NCBI GenBank assembly: GCA_963666975.2
Contig: CAXVYR010000003.1
Span: forward strand, 1,184,001 to 1,248,000
Length of the DNA: 64,000 nt
Source: Terriglobia bacterium
Lineage (GTDB): Bacteria > Acidobacteriota > Terriglobia > 2-12-FULL-54-10
Direction of reading: 5' to 3'
The notes beneath the pieces are model-generated. The model made no database searches and was not told the origin of the DNA. It was given only the letters and a program-made list of their open reading frames with translations. Shown here in pieces: positions 50,651-62,223 of this stretch; the stretch's first letter is position 1, and each line of letters begins with the position of its first letter. The position numbers were made by a program, and so were the translations under genes.

Positions 50651-51781
50651 TCAACGGGCAAACATCAGGAAGCTTCCGGCAGCTACGAGCGTGCCGATCA
50701 CCCCGCCCACGTTCGGCCCCATGGCGTGCATCAAGAGGTGATTTGTGGGACTGGCCTGCAGGCCCACGGTCTGCGAGACTCTGGCGGCCATCGGGACGGC
50801 AGAGACCCCGGCGGAGCCGATCAGTGGGTTCATTTTTGCTTTGAGAAACAGATTCATAAATTTGGCCAGCAGCACCCCGGCGGCGGTGCTGAAAATAAAC
50901 GCGACCAAGCCTAAGCCGAAGATCAGCAGCGCCCTGGGCTGCAGAAAATTTTCCGCCGCCATCGTCGCTCCCACCGATATCCCCAGAAAGATCGTGGCCA
51001 GGTTCAGCAGCTCGTTTTGAGCGGCGTTGGTCAGCCGGTCCACCACCTTGGACTCGCGGAAAAGGTTGCCGAGCATGAACATCGAAACCAGCGGCGCTGC
51101 TTGCGGAACCAGCAACAGAATAATCATGGAGGACAGCAGCGGAAAAAGCAGCTTCTCTAAATTGGAGACCGGGCGCAACTGCTTCATGCGGATCTGCCGC
51201 TCCTTTTCGGTCGTCAGCGCGCGCATGATGGGAGGCTGGATAATCGGAACGAGCGACATATAAGAATACGCGGCCACTGCAATCGGCCCCAATAGGTGCG
51301 GGGCCAGCGCAGCCGTTACGAAAATGCTGGTCGGCCCATCCGCCCCCCCGATGATTCCGATGGAGCTGGCCTCCGGCACGCTGAACCCCAAGGCCAAGGC
51401 CCCAAAAAAGGCGATATAAACGCCGAACTGTGCAGCCGCGCCCAGCAGGATTGATTTTGGATTGGCGATCAGCGGCCCAAAATCCGTCAAGGCTCCCAGC
51501 CCTAGAAAGATGACGGGCGGAATCACATCCCACTCGATTCCATAATGGAAAAAGATATTCAGCAGGTTCCGGACCCCGTCGTGCTCCCCCATCAGCGGAG
51601 TCATGGGAAGATTCACCACCAGAACTCCGAAACCGATGGGCAGCAACAACAGCGGCTCATATTTTTTCTTGATGGCAAGGTAAATCAGCGTCAGGCCGAT
51701 TATCCACATGAGAACGTTGCCCACGCTCAGATGGGCAATTCCTGTTTGACTTATAAAAGTGTTTATAGAAAATTCATTCAT
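50651..51781 (-). CDS. Na+-translocating decarboxylase beta subunit
   Basis: [51 protein letters not shown] (OadB/MmdB/GcdB family). Confidence 0.93.
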   Translation of the reverse strand: MNEFSINTFISQTGIAHLSVGNVLMWIIGLTLIYLAIKKKYEPLLLLPIGFGVLVVNLPMTPLMGEHDGVRNLLNIFFHYGIEWDVIPPVIFLGLGALTDFGPLIANPKSILLGAAAQFGVYIAFFGALALGFSVPEASSIGIIGGADGPTSIFVTAALAPHLLGPIAVAAYSYMSLVPIIQPPIMRALTTEKERQIRMKQLRPVSNLEKLLFPLLSSMIILLLVPQAAPLVSMFMLGNLFRESKVVDRLTNAAQNELLNLATIFLGISVGATMAAENFLQPRALLIFGLGLVAFIFSTAAGVLLAKFMNLFLKAKMNPLIGSAGVSAVPMAARVSQTVGLQASPTNHLLMHAMGPNVGGVIGTLVAAGSFLMFAR

Positions 51782-51907
51782 CCCTGGTTCTTGTTCCTCT
51801 TAGGTTCTTGCTCCTTTTATATCTCTTCGACGCCGCCGGATGGTTCTCGTGAATGAAATAAGAATCCTGGGCCGGTCTGGCCGGAAAGGAAATTCCACGA
51901 AGCGGCA

Positions 51908-52069
51908 CTAGCGTTTCTCTTCTGCTTTCTTCCGAGCCATTCGGGCGAGAACAGCCCCAACGGCATTGATCGACACCATCAGCAGCGTCAGAACCAAAAA
52001 GACACTGGTAAGTCCAGCAGCGGCCATCATGGAAGCACTGTACCAATCCACCCCATACAAATCCACCAT
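51908..52069 (-). CDS. OadG/MmdD-like gamma/delta membrane subunit
   Basis: 53 aa, single TM with GLTSVFLVLTLL motif, lying between the carboxyltransferase and beta subunit genes. Confidence 0.75.
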   Translation of the reverse strand: MVDLYGVDWYSASMMAAAGLTSVFLVLTLLMVSINAVGAVLARMARKKAEEKR

Positions 52070-52151
52070 TGTTCGATTTTCCCCCTGACACGGTTCGCGG
52101 GACAACAACACCTTTCCGCGCATCAAGCTCTGGCGAAGCTACTCTCCAGCC

Positions 52152-53705
52152 TCAAACCGGCGTGATTCCGTGTTTTCTGTACGGTCTGTCTTCTTTCTTG
52201 TTTCGGAAGATCTCCAGCGCCTGGATCAGACGGATCCGCGTCTGTTCCGGCTGAATGGCAGCCTGAGCGTACTGCTTGGCGACTGCCTCGAAGGGACCAC
52301 TGAACCTTTCGGAATATTCTTCGAGCTTCTGCTGCCGCATCTTCTCCGGGTCAGCCGCCTGCTCGATCTCCTGCCGGTAGAGAACATTTACGGCCCCGCC
52401 TCCTCCCATGACGGCCAGTTCCACCCCCGGCCAGACAAAAACCTGATCCGCTCCCATCTCCCGCGTGCACATGGCTTGCTTGGCTCCTCCGTATCCCTTT
52501 CGCAGGTAAAGCGTCAATTTAGGCACGGTAGCCTCCGCATAAGCGTACAGCATCTTGGCGCCGTGGCGGATGATTCCATTCTGCTCCTGCTTGGTTCCCG
52601 GCAGGTAGCCGGGCACGTCCACCAAGGTGATGATAGGAATCTGGAAGGCGTCACAAAAACGGATAAAGCGCGACGCCTTATCGGAACAATCGACATCCAG
52701 GCTGCCGCCGAGAAACATCGGCTGATTGGCGACAAAACCCACCGGCCGGCCATCCAGCCGTCCGAAGCCCACCACGATATTGCGGGCGAACCGCGCCTTG
52801 ATCTCAAAAAAATTGCCCCCGTCCACAATTCGCTGAATGACTTTCCGGATGTCGTAGATTTTTTTTGATTCCCACGGCACGATGGCATCCAGGTCGTCCA
52901 GCGTCCGGCCCGGATCGTCGTTGGGAGGCACGCGAGGAGGCGGCTCTCCGCAATTCAGCGGAAGAAAACCCACTAGCGTCCGAATCTGATTCAGGCAATC
53001 CTCATCGCCCGAGCAAACCACATCCGTCACGCCGGACTGTTCCGCATGGATTTTCCACCCGCCCAACTGCTCCATCGTCACATCTTCTCCCGTTACCTCT
53101 TTGATGACGGGAGGCCCGGTGATGAACATCTGGCTGGTGTCCTTTACCATGAAGATAAAATCCGTCAGAGCGGGACAGTAGGCAGCAACCCCGATGCAGG
53201 GGCCCATGATAGCCGAGATTTGCGGAACCACCCCGGAGGTGATGCTGTTCTGATAAAACATATTTCCGATCGCGCGGGTGACATCCAGCCCCTCCTGTAT
53301 TCTGGCGCCCACCGAGTCATATAAACCGATCAAAGGAACGCCCGTCTTGCGTGCGGTCTCCGTAACGTAAGCGATCTTCTCTCCGTGCGCGCTGCCCACG
53401 GCACCCGCCAGCACGGTCCGGTCCTGCGCAAAAATATAGACGTTTCTGCCGTCTATCTTGCCGTATCCGGTCACCACGCCGTCGGTGGGAGCTTTTTTCT
53501 TCGCCATCCCAAAATCTGTTTTCTGGGTCTCGGCCAGCAGGAACTCCTCCACGAACGAGCCGCGGTCGAGCAGCCCGGCGATGCGTTCTCTCGCGGTCCA
53601 TTTTCCCCCTTGATGCTGCTTTTCCACCGCCTTGGCATCACCCTGGAGAGCCTTGATCTCCATATCCAGCAATTTCTTTCGGACTTCATCGTAAGACTTC
53701 GGCAT
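52152..53705 (-). CDS. acyl-CoA carboxyltransferase (methylmalonyl-CoA decarboxylase alpha / PccB-like)
   Basis: TARERI..LLD, DGVVTGYG, GARIQEG, MFITGP, DVPGYLPG..QE..GIIRHGAK, RKGYGG, RKHG. Confidence 0.9.
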   Translation of the reverse strand: MPKSYDEVRKKLLDMEIKALQGDAKAVEKQHQGGKWTARERIAGLLDRGSFVEEFLLAETQKTDFGMAKKKAPTDGVVTGYGKIDGRNVYIFAQDRTVLAGAVGSAHGEKIAYVTETARKTGVPLIGLYDSVGARIQEGLDVTRAIGNMFYQNSITSGVVPQISAIMGPCIGVAAYCPALTDFIFMVKDTSQMFITGPPVIKEVTGEDVTMEQLGGWKIHAEQSGVTDVVCSGDEDCLNQIRTLVGFLPLNCGEPPPRVPPNDDPGRTLDDLDAIVPWESKKIYDIRKVIQRIVDGGNFFEIKARFARNIVVGFGRLDGRPVGFVANQPMFLGGSLDVDCSDKASRFIRFCDAFQIPIITLVDVPGYLPGTKQEQNGIIRHGAKMLYAYAEATVPKLTLYLRKGYGGAKQAMCTREMGADQVFVWPGVELAVMGGGGAVNVLYRQEIEQAADPEKMRQQKLEEYSERFSGPFEAVAKQYAQAAIQPEQTRIRLIQALEIFRNKKEDRPYRKHGITPV

Positions 53706-54135
53706 AGAATGGCTCTTTCAAAAAAAACCTTGTGTTTTGCTCCCATTCCTCATCACGCAGGCAATCAGGAGGGCTTTGTCAACGGCGGCGGTAAGCGCGC
53801 TCATCCATTACGCGCCCTCATCACGTACGCGCCATCATCACGCTCCACCGCCGGTCGCTCATGCTGGGAATTGCAACGGGGATCTGAAAGGAAAAGGTTA
53901 CTATTCCCTTTCGCCGCTTCACAAATCGTAAGTCGAAAAGAACGAAAACGCAAGTTGCTCTCCGGCTGGATTCCCGTTCCGCACGAACTTCCCGCAATCA
54001 TTTAGACTGGATTCTCAAAATGTGGAGCGCGCAGTGCACCCAGAACAACAGGCCGGAAAGATGAGCAAAATGCCGGGGAAGGCGGCAGGGAACTGCGCAA
54101 AAACTTCCTGTTGATGATAGCTGGAAGACAGGTTA

Positions 54136-54170
54136 CGGTTCCAAGCAACCATCCCGGCTGCCTGGAACCG
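54136..54170 (-). terminator. 15-bp hairpin downstream of glnA (terminator or stabiliser; no U-tract)
   Basis: CGGTTCCAGGCAGCC-gggat-GGTTGCTTGGAACCG; fully paired with two G-U pairs only on the minus strand. Confidence 0.45.
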
Positions 54171-54229
54171 CAAGGTTTAAGGTTGAGTAAACTTTCTTGT
54201 GCAGGCCGCTGCCGTGCAGCGATCGCGGC

Positions 54230-55560
54230 TCAATAACTTTCCAGGTATTTTTCAAGCTCCCAGGGCGTCACCTGCATACGATATTCATCCCACTCCTTGG
54301 ACTTCGCCTGCACGTACATTTCATAGGTATGCGGATCCAGGGCTGACTGGATTAGTTTGTCTGCCTTTAGTTCCTTCAAGGCCTGCGCCAGAGAATCGGG
54401 AAGCGTATCAATGTTGAGATCAGCCAGTCTTTCATCATCAAAGTGATAGACGTCCTCCTCTACCGGCTCCGGCGGTTTCAGGTTTCGCTTGACGCCGTCG
54501 AGGCCGGCCTTCAGCATCGACGCAAAGGCCAAATACAGATTGCAGCTTGGGTCCGGACACCGAAGCTCGGCTCGCGTGGACTGATGCTTGCCCGCCGAGT
54601 ACTGCGGAATACGGATCAAGGCGGAACGGTTAATTCTGGCCCATGCATATAGACAGGCGCCTCGAAGCCCGGGATGAAGCGTTTATAGGAGTTGACCGTC
54701 GGCGAGAGAATGGCGCACATCCCCTTCACGTGGTTGAGCTGTCCGGCGATGAAGCTGTAGGCCACCTTGGAGAGCCGGTATTTATCTTTGGCGACGTAGA
54801 AGGCGTTCTGTTTCGTTTTTCGATTGAACAGGCTCTGATGGACGTGCATGCCGGAGCCGTTAATCCCGGTGATTGGTTTCGGCATGAAGGTGGCATAGAG
54901 GTTGTGCTGCTCGGCCACCGCTTTCAGGACAAAGCGCAGCGTGGTGGCGTTGTCGGCGGCCTTGAGCGCGTTGGCGTAGCGGAAATCGATTTCGTGCTGG
55001 CCGACCGCCACCTCGTGATGCGAAGCCTCCACTTCAATGCCGAAGTGTTCCAGCGATTTGACCATGTCCCGCCGAACGTGATAGGCGCGATCCGTTGAAA
55101 AATCGAAATAGCCGCCCTTGTCATGAGGATTGGTGATCGAATTCCCGTTCTTACTGAACAAAAAGAATTCCAATTCCGGCCCGACGTTGTATTCGTAGTT
55201 GAGTTCTTCCGCTTCCCGAAGAGCCCGCTTCAAGATGTAGCGCGGGTCGCCCTCGAAGGGTGTTCCGTCGGGTTTGTAAATGTCGCAAACGAACCGGGCC
55301 GTCTGCCCTTCTTCCACTTTCTCCCAGGGGATAACGGCATATGTGTCAATATCCGGTTTGAGAAACATGTCGCTTTCCGAGATTCGTGCGAACCCTTCAA
55401 TCGAAGAGCCGTCAAACCAAGTCCCGTATTGCAGGCAATCGGGGAGGTGCTTCACGCGGATCGTGAGACTCTTCACAATGCCGTTGAGGTCCGTAAACTG
55501 CAATTGAATGAAGTGTATGTCGTCTTGTTTTACTCGTTTCAATATCTGTTGATTGTTCAT
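54230..55560 (-). pseudogene. glnA: glutamine synthetase type I with a 1-nt frameshift near 54647
   Basis: FDGSSIEG, GPELEFF, HHEVAVGQHE, ATFMPKP, NGSGMH; adding one base restores FEAPVY-x-AWARINRSALIRIP...ELRCPD. Confidence 0.9.
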
Positions 55561-55606
55561 TAAGTCTACCCCACCATAGCGAAGATTTGAGAGTTCCTGG
55601 GTAGGT

Positions 55607-55623
55607 TTGCAAGTGCAGTACCT
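55607..55623 (-). promoter_or_regulatory. candidate sigma54 (-24/-12) promoter of glnA
   Basis: aGGTACTGCACTTGCA: GG-N10-GC with TTGCA, about 47 nt upstream of the ATG. Confidence 0.6.
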
Positions 55624-55743
55624 CTACACTGATTCTTGCAATTGCATGGGAGCGTCTGTTTCTGAACAAGTTACAGCAAATTAGTCCGGGGATTTGAGCC
55701 TTTACTGGCATTTTACTGGGGGATATCGCCATTAAATGCGAGA

Positions 55744-55760
55744 TTTCGCCCATGGCGAAA
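55744..55760. promoter_or_regulatory. palindrome, candidate activator-binding site
   Basis: TTTCGCC-cat-GGCGAAA, next to a related TCGC-N8-GCGA site; about 120-140 nt upstream of the sigma54 site. Confidence 0.4.
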
Positions 55761-55920
55761 ACAAAATACTTCTCTTAAAAACCAAAAACACGAGAGTAAT
55801 TTTCCTGGCTCACAAAATGCATGGAAACGGTTGCTGTCAAAATCCAGTGTCCCGCTAATGCAACTCCCGGCTCATGGCCAGGAGTTGCTTCTAGGGGATG
55901 CGTTACTTATCATACGGGTA

Positions 55921-56343
55921 ATGCCAAGACTAATCGCAAGTTGGGTTTGCTTCCAGCTAATGGTCGCCTTCTTCCAGGCGCCTTTCTTTCATATGCACGA
56001 GTACGCCGAAAGCGATCATGTACGTCACTGGCATCGCGCCTTTATCCAAACCCTTCATGCCCACTTCCCTCAGTTGGGGAACCAATCCACATCCGTTCCC
56101 GCCCCGGAAATCAGGGACATCAGCGATCAAAACCAGGCGAAGTTCCTGTCCTGGTTTCGGGCAAAACCCCAAGAAAACCTGGTGCTTCTCCCTTGTCTAA
56201 CAGAGCCGCCGATTTTCTTTGCTTTAATCCAGTTTACCGAATCCGCTCCGGACCCAATATACCGCACGCACGATCCTCACCTGCTTTCTCGTCACTCGCC
56301 CCGTTCCCCGCCCTTCGATTCTCGCCTTCTGCGCATCCTGTGA
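55921..56343 (+). CDS. His-rich exported protein (CzcI-like position) with C-terminal PRSPP motif
   Basis: Hydrophobic N-terminus, HMH..DHVRHWH..LHAH, RSPP at 56302-56313; lies before czcC. Confidence 0.65.
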   Translation: MPRLIASWVCFQLMVAFFQAPFFHMHEYAESDHVRHWHRAFIQTLHAHFPQLGNQSTSVPAPEIRDISDQNQAKFLSWFRAKPQENLVLLPCLTEPPIFFALIQFTESAPDPIYRTHDPHLLSRHSPRSPPFDSRLLRIL

Positions 56344-56528
56344 TGAACTGGCAGCCCGCACGCCGCAAATCCTCACACCCAAGCCGGAGTATACCGGCGC
56401 GTAAATTATGGCTGCCACAAGAGAAAAGAACTCCACGCGGAAGAGTTGCCTAGTAGTCTCAGGATTCCCCCTATCAACAACGGCGAAACCTGAGTAACCA
56501 CCGTGCTGTGAATAACGAGAGGAGAACC

Positions 56529-57851
56529 ATGCCTCAGATGTTTCCTGCAAGCGCCTCTGCTGTTGTCTGCTTGTTTTTGTCTAGCATTTTATATCTTTCC
56601 TCCCTTCCCGCTCCGCTTTCCGGCGAAAACCCGGCGCTGCCTTCTCCACTCAGTTTGCGGGATGCCGTCCGGATTGCACTCGAAAGAAATCCCGCTGTTG
56701 GAGCGGCACAGAACACCATTGAGATGGCCGAAGCGCTGCAGCTCGATGCCGCGAAGCGGCTGAACCCTGCTTTTTCCTTTGCCTCGGAAAACTGGCGCGC
56801 TTTCAGCAGCAACCAAGGAGCTTTTTTTCAAACGCAGGAAATCACCGCCCGCTTTGATTACGAGATTGAGACCGCCGGCAAGCGCCGTCATCGCACCCGC
56901 GCCGCCAGCCTGGCAGTGGAAACAGCGCAGGCTTTCCATGAGGACCGCCGGCGCGTGCTGACCCTGGAGGTGGAGCGCGCCTATTTTCGCGCCGTCCAGG
57001 CGAAAGCGAATCTGGAGGTTGCTCAAATCATCCTGGAGGAAATTGACCGCATTATTGCGCTAAACCAGGTTCGCTACACGAGCGGTGAAATCTCTGGAGG
57101 GGAACTGAAGCGAAGTGAACTGGAACGGCTGCGGTTTCTCGATGATGTATTCGCCTCGCAACTGGAACGGCGCAACGCCAAAAGCGATCTGCTGGCCCTG
57201 CTCTATTTCCCCGATCTGGGCCAGGACTTCCAGTTAGCCGATACGTTGCCGGTCGATTTGGAGCAGCCCGCTTCTTTCCCAGGAATCTTCTACCCTTTTT
57301 CCCTCAAAGAATTGCAGGAGAAAGCCCTCCGGCAGCGGCCTGACCTGGCTGCGGCCCTGCACGAGGAACAACGGGCGGATACAGAAACCCTCCGTCAACG
57401 GGCCATCCGTTCGCCGAACGTTACGGTCGGCGGAGGCTACAAACGCGACGGGCCCTTTAATGCGCTGGCATTCGGCGTGACCGTTCCGCTGAAAATTTTT
57501 AACCGCAATGAAGGAGGACTGGCCCGGGCACAAGCGGAATTATCCCGCGCTCGCAACCGCGCCGCCTTGACCCGAACGGCCCTGCTGCTGGACGTCCAGA
57601 AAGCCTTCTATGCCGTAGAGGTCAACCAGGAACGAGTCCGCTACATCGAGCAGGAATATCTGGACAAGTCCGAACAGTCCCGCGAGATCATCCTGGCCTC
57701 CTACCGGCTGGGTGAAGCGAACTTGATTGATCTTCTCGATGCCCAGCGGGCATTTCGAGAGACCCGGCGGATCTATAACCAAGCACTTTTTGAATACCGC
57801 ATCAGCCTCTACGAATTGGGAGCGGCGGCGGGGGAGAAATTTCCATTATGA
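56529..57851 (+). CDS. czcC: TolC/CzcC-family outer membrane factor
   Basis: LSLRDAVRIALERNP, RPDL, VPLKIFNRNEG, YRLGEANLIDLLDAQR. Confidence 0.85.
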   Translation: MPQMFPASASAVVCLFLSSILYLSSLPAPLSGENPALPSPLSLRDAVRIALERNPAVGAAQNTIEMAEALQLDAAKRLNPAFSFASENWRAFSSNQGAFFQTQEITARFDYEIETAGKRRHRTRAASLAVETAQAFHEDRRRVLTLEVERAYFRAVQAKANLEVAQIILEEIDRIIALNQVRYTSGEISGGELKRSELERLRFLDDVFASQLERRNAKSDLLALLYFPDLGQDFQLADTLPVDLEQPASFPGIFYPFSLKELQEKALRQRPDLAAALHEEQRADTETLRQRAIRSPNVTVGGGYKRDGPFNALAFGVTVPLKIFNRNEGGLARAQAELSRARNRAALTRTALLLDVQKAFYAVEVNQERVRYIEQEYLDKSEQSREIILASYRLGEANLIDLLDAQRAFRETRRIYNQALFEYRISLYELGAAAGEKFPL

Positions 57852-59116
57852 GCGATGTAGCAAACTGGCAAAACCATGCGCACTGGAAGCGGCATTTGGT
57901 GGTGGGAGGAGGGCTTGGTCTGGTTGGCCTCCTTTTCGGGTTTTGGATTGGAACGCGATCCCAGCCTGTCACTCCTCCCCCACCAATTCAAGAGTCAGCC
58001 CAGGAAAAACTGATCGAACTCAGTCTGGAGACGCAACGAAGCGCCGATCTGAAAATCACCGAGGTGGTCGAGCGCCCACTCGAGCGAACACTGGTCGCTA
58101 CCGGGGTCCTCGCCCCGGACCAGAATCGACTGGCACACATTGGTCCTCTGGCGCGAGGGGTTGTCGAGCAAGTACTGGCCCAAATCGGCGACCGAGTTCG
58201 GGTGGATGACCCCTTATTGATTTACGACAACATCGAACTGGGGGTGCTAATTGGGGAGTACTTGGTTATCAAGGCAGAAATTAAACGAGAACAAGCCCAA
58301 GCGGAAGTTGCCAAGCGTTATCTGGCGCGGGCCGAGGCGTTGCTGATGGAAGAGGCAATTGCACGCAGGGAGTACGAACTTCGCGACGCTCAATATAAGT
58401 AAGCTGTAGCTGTGGTCGAGAGCAACCAAGCCAAATTAGCCCAGGTGGAAGAAAGGATTCACCGACTGGGGTTAGACGACGAAGACTTACGAAATCTTGG
58501 AAGCTCAGGACATGACAGCCACCGCACAGCCTCTCACAGCACCTTACGCGCTCCGTTTGCGGGTGTGATCACCATGCAGGATGTGGCTTCGGGAGAGATG
58601 CTAGAACCGGACCGCGAGGTCTTTGTGCTGGCGGATACTTCCGTGGTCTGGGTGCTGGCCGGCATTTACGAAAAAGACCTGGGACAGGTAGAGGTCGGGT
58701 GGCCCTGTCGGGTCAAAGTGCCTGCCTATCCAGAGGAGGTGTTCACGGGCAAGATTGCTTACCTCAGCGATGTCCTGGATCCGACTTCGCGGACCGGCAA
58801 GATGCGTTGTGTGCTCACCAACCCGGATGGGCGCTTGAAACTGGAAATGTTTGCGACCGTCGAAATCCCTCTGCCGTTAAAGCACCCTGCGGTGCTCCTG
58901 CCGGAGGCGGCCGTGCAGAGGGTGGACCAACAAACATTAGTCTTCGTCGCTCAAGATGATTCTCATTTTGAAGCCCGCGAAGTCGAGTTAGGCGAGCGGT
59001 TCGGTGACTCGTTCGAGGTTCGGCGCGGTCTTCGCGCCGGCGAGAAAGTTGTTACGCAAGGCGCTTTCTACGTCAAGTCCGAACTGCTGCGTGACCAGCT
59101 CGGTGGAGAGGAATAG
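57848..59116 (+). pseudogene. czcB: CzcB/CusB-family MFP with in-frame TAA at 58400-58402
   Basis: ORFs 57848-58402 and 58412-59116 share one frame; LRAPFAG, VWV, LKLEMFA, GEKVVTQGAF. Confidence 0.85.
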
Positions 59117-59119
59117 CTT

Positions 59120-62100
59120 ATGACCAGTTTGGTTGATTTGTGCCTACGGTATCGTTTCCTGGTTCTGGCGCTCACGGGAATCCTCATCGCTGGCGGACTA
59201 TTTTCCCTCAGCCGGCTCACGATTGACGCGGTGCCTGATATTACTCCTGTCCAGGTCCAAATCCTGTCCCGAAGTCCGACGTTAGGACCGGTTGAGGTTG
59301 AACAATACGTGACCTTTCCCATTGAAGCAGCGATGACCGGATTGCCCGGTGTGGAGGAAATTCGCTCCGTGTCCCGCTATGGTCTGTCGGCCGTAACCGT
59401 GATCTTTGAAGAGGGCATGAGCCTTTACTTGGCTCGCCAGTTGGTCTCAGAGCGACTAAGTGAGGCGGAAAAAAGTGTCCCGCCCGGTCTTGCCAACATC
59501 GAGTTGGGGCCGATGTCGACAGGTCTGAGTGAAGTCTACCACTTCACCGTAGAAGGAGAAGGCTACAGCCCTACAGAACTCAAGACGATTCTGGACTGGG
59601 ACATCGCGTTTCGCCTTCGTACTGTTCCAGGCCTTGTTGAGGTAAATTCTTGGGGCGGCCTGACCAAGCAGTATCACGCGGTCGTGGACCCGACGATGCT
59701 GATCGCCCACGGGATCACGCTCGGCGAGGTTTTTGAGGCCCTAGAACGCAATAATGCCAACACCGGCAGCGGCTACGTTGAGCACAACCAGGAGGCGTAC
59801 ATCATCCGGGGCGAAGCCCTGGCCACTTCTATTCCCGACCTGGAAAACATTGTGGTGGCCACCCGGAGTGACGGGACGCCGATCTTTGTCCGCAATCTAG
59901 GCGAAGTCCGCGAGGGAGCAATGGTTCGGATTGGGGCAGCCACAGAGAATGGGCAGGGCGAAGCCGTCATCGGCATGGTGCAGATGCTGGCGGGCGAAAA
60001 CGCCAATCAGGTGGTAGCCGATGTGAAGGAAAAGCTCGCCGAAATCCAAGGTTCCCTCCCTCCAGGAGTGCGAACCGTTCCGTTTTATGACCGGGCGAAT
60101 TTCGTGGACCGGATTCTGCGCACCGTCCGTACCAACCTCATGGAAGGAGGCTTGTTGGTCATTGCCGTCCTTCTCTTACTTCTCGGGAACTTGCGGGGCG
60201 GCCTCGTCGTGGCTTTAGCCATTCCGCTGTCCATGTTGATCGCTTTCACGGGCATGGTGCGCGCAGGTATCAGCGGCAACTTAATGAGCCTGGGAGCCAT
60301 TGACTTCGGCCTCATTGTGGACGGCGCCGTGGTGATGATTGAAAACATCTCCCGACACTTGGGCGAACGGGGTCGTGCCCCGGGAGTTTCCAAGATGGAG
60401 GTCATCCGGGAAGCGACCCGGGAAGTGATCCGTCCGGTGGTCTTCGCCGTGAGCATCATCATCTTGGTTTACGTCCCCATCCTTTCGCTCACCGGCATCG
60501 AGGGCAAGATGTTCCGTCCGATGGCCATGACGGTGATCTTCGCCCTGATCGGGGCATTGATTCTGACAGTGACGTTGATGCCCGTGTTGTCGTACTTCGT
60601 TCTGAAAGCCGAGACGGATAAAGAGCCCTGGTTGATGCGGAAGCTGCGAGCGATCTATGAACCTTCCCTCTCCTGGGCAATGCATAATTCCCGATGGGTG
60701 GTGCTGATAGCTTCCGTGGCTTTTCTGTCTAGCCTGCTCGTGTTTTCTCGTATGGGGACGGCGTTTGTGCCCCGGCTGGATGAGGGCGACATCGCCATCC
60801 AGGCTTGGCGATTGCCCAGCATTTCTTTGAGTGAATCGCTCGCTTCGACTACGAAAATCGAGAAAGTGCTCCGCCGCTTCCCGGAGATCACAACTGTAGT
60901 GTCCCGCACCGGAAGCCCCGACGTAGCCACCGACGTGATGGGGGATTGAAGTTTCCGACATTTTTGTGATCCTCAAGCCGCGATCCGAATGGACCACCGC
61001 AGAGACCAAGGAAGGTTTGATTGCCAAGATGGACGAGGCATTGAAGCGGGAGGTGCCGGGTTCCGGTTTTTCTTACACCCAACCCATCGAGATGCGTTTC
61101 AACGAATTGATTGCTGGAGCCCGTTCCGACATCGCAGTGAGTATTTACGGGCAAGACCTGGGTACGCTGCGGCGGTTGGGCGATCAGGTAGCCCAGGCGC
61201 TCCGGCAAGTCCCAGGCGCTGCCGATGTGCAGGTCGAACAGACCGCAGGCCTGCCGATGTATCGTGTGCGCATTGACCGGAACCGGCTAGCCCGCTACGG
61301 AATGAGCGCGGGCGACGTCCTCGACACCATCGAGGCGACCCGCGTGGGCAAAGTGGTTGGCACCATCTTTGAAGGGGAGCGCCGGTTCGACCTCGTGGTG
61401 CGACTGCCGGACTCGGTTACTCAAAGCGAGGCGGCGCTGGCCAATTTGTCTCTGGCCGATCACGGTCGGTTGATCCCGTTGTCGCAGGTCGCTGATGTGG
61501 AGGTATCTACCGGCCCGGCACAGGTCAGCCGCAAGGATGTCCGGCGGCGGCTCATCGTGCAGAACAATGTGCGAGGGCGTGACCTCGGAAGCTTTGTGGA
61601 AGACGCCCAGCAGAGAGTGGCCCAATCCGTTTCTTTGCCCACGGGTTACTTTCTGGAGTGGGGCGGGCAGTTCGAGCAGCTCCAAGAGGCCAGGCGGCGG
61701 CTGGCTTTCGTAGTCCCGATTACGTTCCTGATTATCTTTCTCATGCTCTACACCACTTTCGGAGCCGTTCGACCAGCCTTGCTGATTTTCCTCAACGTGC
61801 CGCTAGCGATCACCGGCGGAGTGTTCGCTCTAGCCATCCGGGGACTGCCGTTCAGCATCTCGGCGGCTGTTGGTTTTATCGCTCTTTTTGGCATCGCGAT
61901 GTTAAACGGAGTGGTATTGGTTACCTACATTCGACAATTGCGGGAGCGTGGACTGCCCGTGGAAGAAGCCGCCAGAGAGGGAGCCAAAATCCGCCTCCGG
62001 CCTGTTCTGATGACCGCTATGGTGGCCAGTTTCGGGTTCATTCCGATGGCTCTGAACACTGGTCTTGGGGCCGAAGTACAGCGCCCGCTGGCCACGGTGG

Positions 62101-62223
62101 TGATCGGGGGCCTGATCACATCCACGCTGCTCACTCTCCTCGTGCTCCCCAGCATCTATCATTAGATTTGAAGAAAAGCGTGCTGAAATCGAAATTGAAT
62201 TTTACCGAGGATCTTCACCATGA
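59120..62223 (+). pseudogene. czcA: CzcA/CusA heavy-metal RND permease with frameshifts
   Basis: IDAVPDIT, NLMSLGAIDFG, EGKMFRPMA, RLRPVLMTA; extra G in the G5 run at 60940-60944; probable extra T near 62163, whose removal gives YHRFEEKRAEIE and an ATGA overlap with the next gene. Confidence 0.88.

Noticed and set aside
53706-54130. Riboswitch or small gene upstream of the decarboxylase cluster
   Set aside because: No recognisable aptamer, terminator or credible ORF.
55806-55821. Plus-strand sigma54 site TGGCTCACAAAATGCA for the czc operon
   Set aside because: Spacing fits but the match is weak (no TTGC); not enough support.
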